Assembly (NCBI GenBank): GCA_024137785.1 | Contig: JAHRHZ010000021.1 | Location: forward strand, 45,416,051 to 45,480,050 | Direction of reading: 5' to 3' | Length of the DNA: 64,000 bases | Source of the DNA: Ginglymostoma cirratum | Taxonomy: Eukaryota | Shown: positions 53,033 to 64,000 of the stretch, piece after piece | How the letters are laid out: each line of letters begins with the position of its first letter | Numbering within the stretch: the first letter of the stretch is position 1 | Translations under genes and position numbers: made by a program | Notes under the pieces: model-generated | The model's database searches: none | What the model was told of the DNA's origin: nothing | What the model saw: only the letters and a program-made list of their open reading frames with translations

Positions 53033-54254
53033 AAATAAGTGTGAATTTCTGAAGAAAAATATTCACAGAAAACTGCAAACCACAAGAATGTCTCTTTCAA
53101 ATGAGCAAAATAGTATGTTTAATTTTGTAGGATTATTTCCTTCCCTCCAACTTTTCAAACGTATTTACCGATACCCTGATCATCGAGCTAATCTGAAATG
53201 CTGTTGTCATGTTTTCTCACTAAGGTAATAAACTGCGCTGGTACTTGTAAAATTTTCTAAAACTCTGAAGTAGTAATCTCCCAAAGAACAAGGTTGAGAA
53301 CTATTGACCTCTCACTAGTAAACGCAAAATAACTGCCTCAGTTACTTTGCTACTAATCACAAATTCATTGTCCCCCTCATGCTCCAGTAAACTGGTGCCT
53401 CAGAAAAAGAAAAATCAAACAGCTAAATAAAAGCTATTCTATATGAAGAGACATCAGTTGCATCTGGAAGCATACATGACATTGGTTTCAGAGCCCTGAA
53501 ATGAAGTAATGAAGTTTACTAATTTCTTCAATAAATGGACTCCTTATGTATCCAGTGACACTTCAGCTTCTAGATTACACAAAATTATGCGGCAGGATTA
53601 TTCAAAAACTATCCTTGTACCCTTAACTGCCTCAAAAGTACTCACTGAAGCTAAAGATTTAGAACCACTTGACAGTCAAGGATGTATTTACTCAATCTTT
53701 GTTCTAACAGAGTGCAGTTTACATAATCTAAACGTTTCTTTTTGGTAGTGGACAGTTTTCCTTCACTTCAACTACCTTGTTTTAGCTTTCTGCCTTCACC
53801 TCACCAAGGCATTTACTTCCTCACTGCAGAAATGCACATCCAGTGCCTCAGCCCAGAAACCATTATTTTGAAAGTTTTCAAACAAAATTCCAACAAGCTT
53901 AGAAGAGAACAGAACAGAATCATACAGCACAAGAGAGGTCCTTCTGCCTGGATGTACATCAGAGCCAAGCTTGGTCTTCTCCTCAGCCAATGTCCCCGTA
54001 ATCCTGTATAACGACGAAAGCCAAGCAACAGCATCTGACGTTCCCATTTTGCGCTGAAGCCAACCACAACATTCCTATGACAAACCTCAGCAACCAATGT
54101 TTAAACTTCTATTACATCCTGACTACGCAAGCCAGCTTTTAGTGGATAATACAACAGACCCAGCCAAACCTGATAAGTTTGTGCTGCCTGTGGCCAACAT
54201 TCATTTGTGAGCCTTCTACTCAAAAACAGAAAAAAAAGAGATGCTGCTAAAGTG

Positions 54255-54500
54255 ATGTAAGAGATAATGTTTTCTCACAGCAAGTGGTTAGGGAAGGGGG
54301 GAATGCACTGCCTGGAAACGTGGTGGAGGCACTTTCATTTGAAGCATTCAAGAGGATGATTATCTGGATGGCAATAATGCGCAAGGATCTGGGAAAAAAA
54401 TGCAGGAGATTGACACTAGGTAATGATGCTGATTTGAAGATCCAGAGCAGACTTGATGGGTTGAATGGTCTCCTTTTGCACCATAACATTTCCATGATTC
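54255..54500 (+). mobile_element. CR1 LINE 3' end
   Basis: ttttctcacagcaagtggttagg...gaatgcactgcctggaaacgtggtggaggc...gatgggttgaatggtctcctt. Confidence 0.7.
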
Positions 54501-57500
54501 AGTAAAAGGAAGCAAGCACTGAAACATGGAGAAAAAAGGCAGATGAAGTATTTCAAATACTTGGTTATGAAAATGATTATTGTTTATTGTTAGGTACCTA
54601 CTGAATAATGGCAATGGATATCTAATTTCTTCAATAGTAAGCCTTCAATAAACTCAATTGATTTTATCAACATACTGTCTGAATAGGATATCATTGATAC
54701 AATATTAAATGCAAAGCAGTAAGTATTAAAAGAAGGAAAGCTTTGCTGTTTTTCATTTACCAAACGAGAAACAAATTCATTACTTTATCACTTCAATTTC
54801 AACTCAGTTCCTTTATCACTTTTCTTCATTCCCTTGTCGGCAATTGGGTAAGCCCTCAAGTAAAATAATGGCTGCATTCCTGAATATCAGACCTTTACGT
54901 GAATCATGGGTTGTCTCATGGGAATCAATGTTAAAACTAGAGTTAGGTTCCTTCCTCTTTTCTTTTGGAGAGCTGTTCAATGCAAGAGGTGAAACACTTT
55001 ACCGTACCTGTGCAAAACTGCATTCCGAGCTGAGATAGCTTGCAAAATAAAACACATCACCAAAATGTAGAATTACCTGCTGCCCAGATTTTCTGATGGC
55101 CAAATAGCCATTTCTGCAACATAGATGGATCCTGCAGAATTGCCAATGTCAACATTTCTGAGGGAATTGTCTGAAAAGTTGAAGATTCTGATGGACAATT
55201 CCTTATCCCTGTTACCCCCAAAGTATCCATTAAAATTGCATAATTTGGAGATTTCAAGTTAAGTTTTTAAAAAAAGTCAGGAAAAGGTAGATTATTAAAA
55301 GCCTAGATAAAAACAACATACTGCAGATGCTGGTAATCTGAAATAAAAACAGAGGATGCTGGAGGAATCCTTAAGGTCTCCTCCTTCAAATCCTTTGCAA
55401 CCCAGATCCTGACTCAACACCTCCTGGCAACCACCCAACAGTCTGCCTCTGTCTCAAACTCAACACCACTGCCAGACCCAGTACCTCCTATCCATCACAA
55501 AATACCCTCTGTCACTTACCTGGCCTTTTCCCCACCTTGTGCCCAGGATCCTAGCACCTTATCCCTGTCTAACCAGCACCCTAGCCTCACACTTTGCTCC
55601 TGTGAAAGGGTAAGCACGTGAGCTGTCAGTAGCTGCAGTGACGCTGGATGTTTAATTTACCAGACATGGCATCTGACTGCTGCGAGAAAAGGGAATACAA
55701 TTAGCCTTCCCTCAACTGTTCTGCACCTGTTAGTTTTAGGGTACACTCTGCACTTTTGAAAGAACTCTGATTGAAATCTCCTTTTAGATGTGTGGAACTC
55801 TTAATACAAACAGAAGCCAAATGGCAATCTCAGTGTAATTCTCACACTCCTCACACAATCTGTGGCCCACGACATATGATTCTGTGAGATCAGTGTCAAG
55901 TGCACCGATGAACACTGGCCACTAGATTAAGCATAGCAAATCTGATGGCACTATCCAGGAAAGCAGTGTTTTTAAATGTTGTAGAAGGGGTGGCAGCAGA
56001 CTTTTGAAGGGGGCAGGTGGTGTGGAGGGGGACTGGGGTGAAGGCAGAAGTGCTAGGAAACTGTTTATTTGAAGGGCAGACCACAGGAGGTTTGATAAAC
56101 TACATTAAAATGAAACTGACAGCATCGAACGATATATTGACACCATTAGCAATATTAATATCAAGCAATATTAAGCGAGTCAATGTTTAGCAGAGACAAA
56201 CTGTATGCAACACACAACTAAATGCAATTTTACTTCCTCAGAAATTGCATTTTGCTTGACCTCAAAACTCGTTACGCTCCCAAGTAATTCTCCCTTTAGA
56301 ATAGCTGAAAAGGAGAATTGTGTTTTTAGGTCATTTCAGTTTGATAGGCGGTCACTGCATTTATTTAGTGCAAAGCTTTACTGAAACTATTCTTGTGCTT
56401 CATTTTGGAAAAGTATTAATTTGTTGTTACTACATGATATTATGATCATATCATACTTCTAAGTTTGCTAAACCTCTTCTTAATGCAAGATATCTAAACA
56501 TGCATACATAACAGGGCAATTATAGCATCATATTACCCAACAGCTGTTAATTTAATTGCCGATGGAAATCAGAAGTTCTTCAATATTCATATCCTTATTT
56601 CTATATAGCCAATAAAATAAAAATGATGTATTCCAAGTTTGAGTAAACAATGATACAATTAAGAGACAGTTGCATTTAGTCAGGGGACCTTACTTCCAAT
56701 TTTTGGGTTTGGGAAAGGTGTTGCATCTATGAACCAAAGTCCCTACACAGATGTCATACCCTTAGTATAGTCCAAGCTGTTCAATGAAAACAAGACTTTC
56801 CATTTAGTGACGTGGTGTAATTCAGGCAAAGAGAGGTTTAGCAATTGGTGAGTTGGTAAGACTGATCAATAATTTAGATTGCTCAACCTGTCACACTCAG
56901 GCCTGGGAATACAAATGCATTGTAGCAGTTGACTCTTTGTTAACATTACAAATTGCATTAAAACAAAACACCTGGGAATTTATTAATAGACACTGGATAA
57001 TTTGTATGAAACAAAACAAAACCAATTTGCATGACATCACACTTTCAGTTAGAGTGATAAATCAGTTTGGGAAAATGATACAGACATATTCCTCAGCTCC
57101 TCCGTAGGAAGATTCTCCCAGAAAGCATCCTGGGCCAGCTCCCACCAGTCCTTCCAGAGAGCCGATTTCACTTTGAGAAATCAAAGACATGACGTTTGTC
57201 ACTTGAAAAATCCAAGTATCTGAAAGAAAGAGCTCCAAACGGTTTTTAATAATCTGTAAAAAGGCCTCTGACTGCATCGACCATAAAGCCCTTTTGAAGG
57301 TACTCAAGTGAATTGTACCTCTAGCCAAGTTTGTTACTACCATGCAACTCCTGCATGACAGCATGAAAGTAACCATCCTTTGCAATGACTGGCGTCCAAA
57401 CTGTTTTGAATCTGCTTGGCACAGAGCCAGACTGGTCATGGATTTTACTCAGGTCCAACTTCAATTCAGGGTCACGAGTTTCAACTTGATGGGAAACTTT

Positions 57501-59556
57501 TCAAACTCAACAGGCTGGAGACTAACAGGTGACCCTCAAGCATATCCAAGACTTGCAATGTGCTAACAAGTCTGTAGTTGCGGCCCACCTGCCAATGAAA
57601 GTCAGACAACCCTCAAATTCAACCTCGTGCGCACACACACACACACATACACACACACACCCCTCAGTTAATATCAGCAAGACTAAAAATTCTCTACCAG
57701 CCCTTCCCTGGGCAAGGGCTTGTATTCAAAAATGAAAAGCATATGGGAACTTGACATTAGACATGGTCTCTCACAATTTGACAATGAGAAAAATTGGCTT
57801 CAATGAGTTTATATCCAGGCCACTTCACACAACAACAGCAGTGAGAAGGCTTGACTGCTGACTATCAAGCAGGCTCCCACTGAGTCTCTTTCCATTTCAA
57901 ATAACAAGTTAGAACTCAAAATTTCCTGAAAATTGGTAATGTAAAATTATGTGCTTTTGCAATCAATATTCAATACAATAGATTTTCAGAACTGGAGAAA
58001 TAAAAAGATGCTTGGGGTGTCTCACTAAGAGATCTTGTCATTCACTGCAGGTATTCATTGTTTCCTACATTTAGTAGCTTCACCAGACCCTCAAACCAGA
58101 CAGCTGTCCTGTCAAACTGAGGTTAATTTTGACAGATTAAAATTTGTGTTGCTGTCAATCTAATGAACAATCCAAAAACTGAATCTAAAAAATAATTTGT
58201 CATCTTACCAAATGTTAAAAACTATTATACTTCAATGCTTAACATCAGTAAGTCACAATATTGGTCATTTCAAGATTGCTATGGACCAATAATCGGAAAA
58301 AGAAAACTATTTGTAAAGAAAACAATTAATTAACCACTGTAGCTAGTTGCTGTATAATTTGCATCAAAACAGGTTAATATTTTAAAAGGATAAACAGTTG
58401 TGGGCAGTAAGTGATGCCAGTGTTCGCATATTCTTGCCATCATTCACGTTCCAATATATATCTTCTCTATTTCTAAGGGCACCCCAAAATAAAATTATAT
58501 TTCAGCTGAGGATATTGGACTTAAGTGCAAACAGATTGCTGGACCTACACTGAAATTTTCTTTTTAAACAGAATCCACAATTTTAAGCACACATACACAA
58601 ACAAACACTGTCATGGTTTAAAAAAAATTATTTCATCGTCTTAAATCTATTGCTTTCTCCTGTGAATGACTGACTATCAAAACATTCATACTTTTAATGA
58701 ATATGTTAAAAACTGGTATGCTATATAAGAATTAGATATAAATTAGTTTTCCCTTGCTATCAGGATATATTTCAGTTATTGTTTCTAATTTCAGCTACAA
58801 GTGTGGTGCAGTTAATCATATTTTCTTGCAACCTTTTTATAGATATGTAAAGGTTTTGGAAGTGACAATCACATGCAAAAGTTTAACATCACCCTTAAAA
58901 AATATATAAAAAGGACAAGAAATGTCATTGCCTGCTGGTTTCTTCATTTTCTATTTGACTTCAGGAATGCACAGCAATTAGAATTTGTGATCTTAAAACA
59001 GAAAGGTCAGGTTATGTACAGCAGAGTCTTAGCAGGAGAACAGTGTTGCGTGGCATGGTGCTCTCTCCTTGTTCCAAAAAAAAAAATTCTTCTGATTTCT
59101 GCTAAGCCACGCCATCAGAGATCTAGAAGTTTATAACAAACATACACCACTAACAGCAGAATTATAACTGTGCCATGATTTTCAATCAACCTGTTCCTCT
59201 GTTCCCATAAAAGATTTGTCAGTTGCAAGATCTATTCACTCATGAGCGCAGAGCACATTTCACCAAGGTGCTGGAAAGGAACATGCTGTTCAATGTTGGT
59301 ACAGCACAGTACATGTCTGCCAGAGTGGCATGACAGCCAGTCTGGAATGTTGTACCAGTTTATATTTTGGTACTTAAAAATATAATCTTCTCTTGTTTTG
59401 AACGTCATTTCACAGAATTGCTCCTAATTTCCTGCCCATGCTGCTTTGGTTTCCTATTTCTTCACAGCTGCTATTTACTCAATGATTCTCAGTGTCTCGG
59501 CTACCAATTTGAATCTTCAAACGACAAGAATCCCAAAAAGTCCATTTATGGACATG

Positions 59557-59570
59557 TCATCTGGAGGTAT
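59557..59570 (-). CDS. ZNF800: Probable terminal coding mini-segment of ZNF800 (adds D-T-S-R-stop), followed by an AT-rich 3' UTR
   Basis: Strong acceptor cttgtctttgttttttttcaaatcctctctgcccAG|atacctccagatga. With the phase-1 donor it reads G|AT ACC TCC AGA TGA. Long AT-rich sequence follows. Confidence 0.55.
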
Positions 59571-61127
59571 CTGGGCAGAGAGGATTTGAAAAAAAACAAA
59601 GACAAGTTTAATGTGCTGATGTTTGTTATGAGTGTTAAGAGGTGAAAACAGCATGTCAGATTGTTTAAGCCTTTAAGCCTTCACGCAACTAACAATCTTG
59701 GCTAATTAGTAAAAGATAGCAATGAGCCTTTTCATAATGGCATTTCCACCAGGTAACTTTATTTCCGGGCTATTCCATCTACTAATGAGTCAGCAAATGC
59801 AGCAATTTATTTTAAAGTTAGCACATTAATATTCTATAGCAATTATATTACCTTCATGATTATACTGAGGCTACAGCAATAGTTATTTTCAGTTACTTGG
59901 CATACAATATTACAGAAAAGGAGAATACTGGTGAAACTTTCCATACGCATTCGTCAGGACAGATACAAGAATGCCAAATTTCAAAGGGTACAACAATCTA
60001 CATGTAAGAGACTGATTGATAAGTCAACTCTGCTTGACCAAGATGTTATCATGGAGAACGCATTATGGAAAAAGACTCTCCTGAAGCTTTGCTTATATTC
60101 AAAAATACAAGTTGGTTCAGATTGGTCAAGACATTGACAGAGGAAACGTACCAGTGGACTGCTGTTTCCCAATGTTTTTGCTTAATTGTAAGAGATGCAA
60201 TGCCCATTTCCAGAGGATAGGGCCCTTCTAATTGGTAAAAACTCAGTAATTCCTTAGTGCGTTCTACGTGACAAAAGTCCCAACAAACCACAGCCCATGC
60301 ATATAAACTGTTGTTTCCCTTTAAAATTTAGTATTTTTGCATTTGCCCTGATGAGTACAGAACAAAAAACAACTTCAGATTTCTTTTTTCAGCAATACTG
60401 AGAAATTAATTTTCTTTGTAGACCTACTGCACCAGGTGAACATCAATCCAGGAACAGAAAGAACAATGTTTTTAGTTTGCTTCAAAGATAGGCAACGTAA
60501 TCTTCAAATCAGTACCCAATAAATCTTCTCCTGTAAGGGGTGACTCAAGGAAATTAGACTGGATAACTTGGTTTGTATGTTATTCCTGTCACAAGCTTTA
60601 CACCTGCTCCTGGCCTGGAATGAAACACACCTCTCAACCTCAACTGATTGGGGATCTAAAATCTAAGAATATTTATTGCTTTTTAGATGTGCGATTAAGC
60701 TGTTCCTGAAATCTCTTTGCAAATCCCATTGAATTCCTTCCTCCCTGCTTTTTTTCATTAATGTCTCAAAATAGTTAAAACTACAGAAATGGTAATTTAA
60801 TTAATCTAGAAAGGATCATTATCTTATTGTTAAATATAGGTCATAAGCAGTAACAGCAAGAGCAACATTTGGTCCCTTTCTCTGAACGACCATTTAATGC
60901 TCAACCTGTTTAGCTCAGCTTTACCTTCCCATGATATACCGACATTTCTCAATTCCCTTAAAGGTTCTTAAAATATATAAAATCGATCTCTGATTTAAAT
61001 ATGTTCAACTACAGCTCTGAGTACTCCAAAGGTTCTCAAATTTGTGTGAGCAAGGTTCCTCTGGTCTCAGTCCTATATCAGCCATAATCGCCCAATGACA
61101 TAATTACTCAAGAGCATTCACAGACCA

Positions 61128-61471
61128 GGGAGTGGCTATCTGAAAATGGTTAGCACTGCTACCTCATAGCGCCAGGGACCCTGGCTCAATTCCAGCCCTG
61201 GGTGACGTTTACGTGGGGTTTACACATTCTCCCCGTGGGTTTCCTCCGGGTGCTCCAGTCTCCCTCCACAGTCCAAAGATGTGCAGTTTAGGTGGATTGG
61301 CCATGCTAAATTACCCAGTGTCCAGGAATGTGCAGGCTAGGTGGATTAGCCATGAGGAATCAAGGGTCACAGGGATAGAGTACAGGGGTGGCTCTGAGTG
61401 GGCTGCTCTTCAAAGAGTTGGTGTCAACTTGATTGGCTGAATGGCCTGCTTCTACACTGTCGGGATTCTGT
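61128..61471 (+). mobile_element. HE1-type V-SINE in the last ZNF800 intron
   Basis: tggttagcactgctacctcatagcgccagggacc...atggcctgcttctacactgtcgggattctg. Confidence 0.82.
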
Positions 61472-62653
61472 GAAAGCTGGTCACGGCAATGAACATCACA
61501 GTGTTTCAAAGTTTCACAGTACAGGAAGTATTTAGTTTAAGTAAATATCCCACACGTTAACATAAAGTATACCGAAAAATGATGAAAGGGTGGTGTTAAA
61601 TCAGGAAGAAAATGAAAGTGACCACCCCACGTTCAAAGAAGCAGAGGTTCTTCCTTGAACACAAAGTCAAACTGTGTGTGTGCACACACGCTGAATTTTC
61701 ACTGGTCATAGAGCAAATTTAGGGTTGGGTCCTACTGCTTAAAAAAAAAGTGGATTGTCTTTAAATCAACATGGGGATTACCTGCCAGTAAGTCAAAGAA
61801 GAATTTATCCACTTGTGACTAGCAGCCAGGATATAACCAATTATAAACCAAGCCCCACTACTCTATGACTCCGTTTGTCCACATTGTACAGATTGATACA
61901 TCAAAAGGTATAGGCATTCGGTCCACTCTGCTTGGCTCTGGTCCTTAAAACAGAGCTGTCCAGTTTGTTCTGCAAAATTTCCCCTTCAAATGTTTACCTA
62001 ATTCCATTTAAGAGGGTAATACTGAGCCTGCTTCCATCACCCTTTCAGGCAGGGCATTCTAGATCATAGTAACGTGTTGCATTTTAAAACACCCTCTCAT
62101 CTCCCCTTTTGTCAATGACTTTAAATTTCAGTGCTCCAATACATAGGATAATCTGCAATAAAAATCAAACTGCCCAGACACACTTTAACTAAGACAGTCA
62201 AGCAATTCCACCCAGGTGGAGGAACTGGGCCCCAAACACACACACTAAAAGTCTACTTGCCAATGGGTCAGGGTAAAACAGCTAAACAGTGCGGGGGGGG
62301 GGAAGGATTCTTTCATTGATTTAAAAAAAAAATTGACTTTTAACTATGATACTAAACAAAGCAAAGAAATCAAACTTAATCTGAGTTACTGGGCAGGAAA
62401 CACACAGGATCAACTGGAAACTCAGATGCGCACCCCATCCAAGGTTAGACTAAAATCAGGGCACATCTAAAGGTAGCGTGTTCCAGTTGGTTGTGTGGGT
62501 GACCACATGGAGAACAAGTTCAAAGTTGCCATTAGTAGCATTTTAAACATTAATACACAAATTTTGAAATGGGAGGTTCAAGGGTATAATAAGCAAACAA
62601 AGATTACAGCTTTTAAAAATCACAAAACTAATGAAGTCTACGAGAACTCTTAC

Positions 62654-64000
62654 CAGAGAGAAGGGCCTTGGATCGGGTGCTGCGGCCAACATTTTTATTT
62701 CCCTCCGGCGCTACAATTGCATTTTTATGCGTCTTCTTGTGATGCTCCAGGTATGTCTTTTTGGCAAATGCTTTTCCGCACTTAGTGCACTTGTGCAGCG
62801 AGAAGTGTTTGGTGAACTTGACTTCAGTGCCAGGGTCCGTTGCATCAGTTTTCCTGCCAGTGACAGCAGGGCAGGGGACAGGGGAGGCAGAAGTGCTGTC
62901 GTGCTTCTTGCTGTGCTTGGCTTCGTCTCTCTGGGGGCCTCTCCTCGGCACTCTGTTCAACACAAATTCTATCGGTTTTTTCACTGCTCGGCTCTCGAGG
63001 TTGGCAGTGATTTTGCCCAGGTAGCGGGTTGACTTCTTGTGCACTACTGTTATGTGCCGTACGACATCCCTCTTGCGGCGTGTCTCATAGGTACAGAGCG
63101 GGCACTTGTAGAACTTGACATAGAAATTATTGCCGTCTGTGTGCAGCTCAATGTGCTTTGTCAGGTTCTGTTTGGAGGTAAACTGCCGCTTGCACAGCTT
63201 GCAGTAGAGCTGCTTGAAGTCAAAACCCATTGAGAGCTTGGGTTTCCTGGGCTTGGAGTGGCCAATTACAGCAGCCGGGCTTGAAGCCTTTGGACTCTCG
63301 TTTTCTTGTTTCACTTTGTTTTTCAACACTGGGGTGATTTTCTTCTCTCCTGTTTGGCTTGAGCCTTTGGGCTCGCCCTGAGGTGAGGGCCTATTGGTGG
63401 GCAGAGACCCCTCTATGTTGCCTGTGCAGTAGGCACTAGTTTCAGTCAACTCCACGCAGCACAGCATAGCTGTACTCTGCTCCGGGGGCTTGGACAGATT
63501 CTCTCCCAGATTCATTTTGTGCACAATCAGCATGTGGCGCTTCAACATAACTTTTGAGGTATACTTTCTCTTGCACAAAAGGCACTTGCATGCTGTCAAG
63601 TTGTACTCTGCTTTTGGGGACGACTTGCGCTTGCGAGGCACAGGGACCACCAGATGCTCAGTTGATGTCTCTTCCAAGCTAAGTGGCTGCCCTGGTTTGG
63701 TGGCAATGTCAGGTGTAATGCAGTCCCTCCTTAGGCCTCTGTGCACCTCATCAAAGTGCCTACGTACATTTGCTTTTGTGGCAAAGAACTTGTGGCAGAC
63801 AGGACAGTTCCTACCCACAGTGACCACTCCAATGCCCTTTGAGCGCTTTCTGGTGTTAGACAGGGAGGATGGGTGCCCCGCACTGTTCTTTGTTTCTATG
63901 TACTTTTTCAGTTCTTCCATCTTCTTTTTATGTACTTTTCTAATGTGTCGCCTGACACTACGTCGAGAATTAAAAGTTTTTGCACAGAGGCAGCAGACCA
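62654..64000 (-). CDS. ZNF800: Zinc finger protein 800, large penultimate coding exon (continues beyond the window)
   Basis: Open frame from the window edge: VCCLCAKTFNSRRSVRRHIRKVHKKKMEELKKYIE...CPVCHKFFATKANVRRHFDEVHRGLRRD...GFDFKQLYCKLCKRQFTSKQNLTKHIELHTDG...CPLCTYETRRKRDVVRHITVVHKK...CGKAFAKKTYLEHHKKTH...GRSTRSKAL. Six C2H2 fingers are visible and match vertebrate ZNF800 as recalled. Donor TCTG|GTAAGA at 62654/62653. Confidence 0.93.

Noticed and set aside
62628-63920. 430-aa ORF taken as a complete single-exon gene
   Set aside because: The frame stays open upstream to the window edge with another zinc finger, and a strong donor precedes the stop. It is an internal ZNF800 exon.

Overview
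Vertebrate genomic DNA, most likely a shark (inferred from HE1-type V-SINEs, SacSINE/Deu-SINE-like elements, CR1/L2 LINEs and Penelope-type repeats). Two genes lie on the minus strand in tandem. One is the 3' end of ZNF800: a large C2H2 zinc-finger exon running off the right edge, plus a probable tiny terminal exon at 59570. The other is the 5' end of a group III metabotropic glutamate receptor, best called GRM8 by sequence and ZNF800 synteny, with its first coding exon at 14124-14930. A probable non-coding GRM8 exon 1 and CpG promoter at ~36.3-36.7 kb carries a near-perfect REST/NRSF RE1 site. The rest is intronic or intergenic and rich in transposons. The most notable non-genic signal is a set of short Penelope-terminus-derived insertions carrying minimal hammerhead-ribozyme cores (CTGATGA..GAAA), several with 10-15 bp target-site duplications and fold-back structure. 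One perfect palindrome of this kind probably explains the 400-N assembly gap. Most ORFs in the track are spurious or repeat-derived. Repeat boundaries are approximate, and all family and homolog assignments come from recognition, not from database searches.
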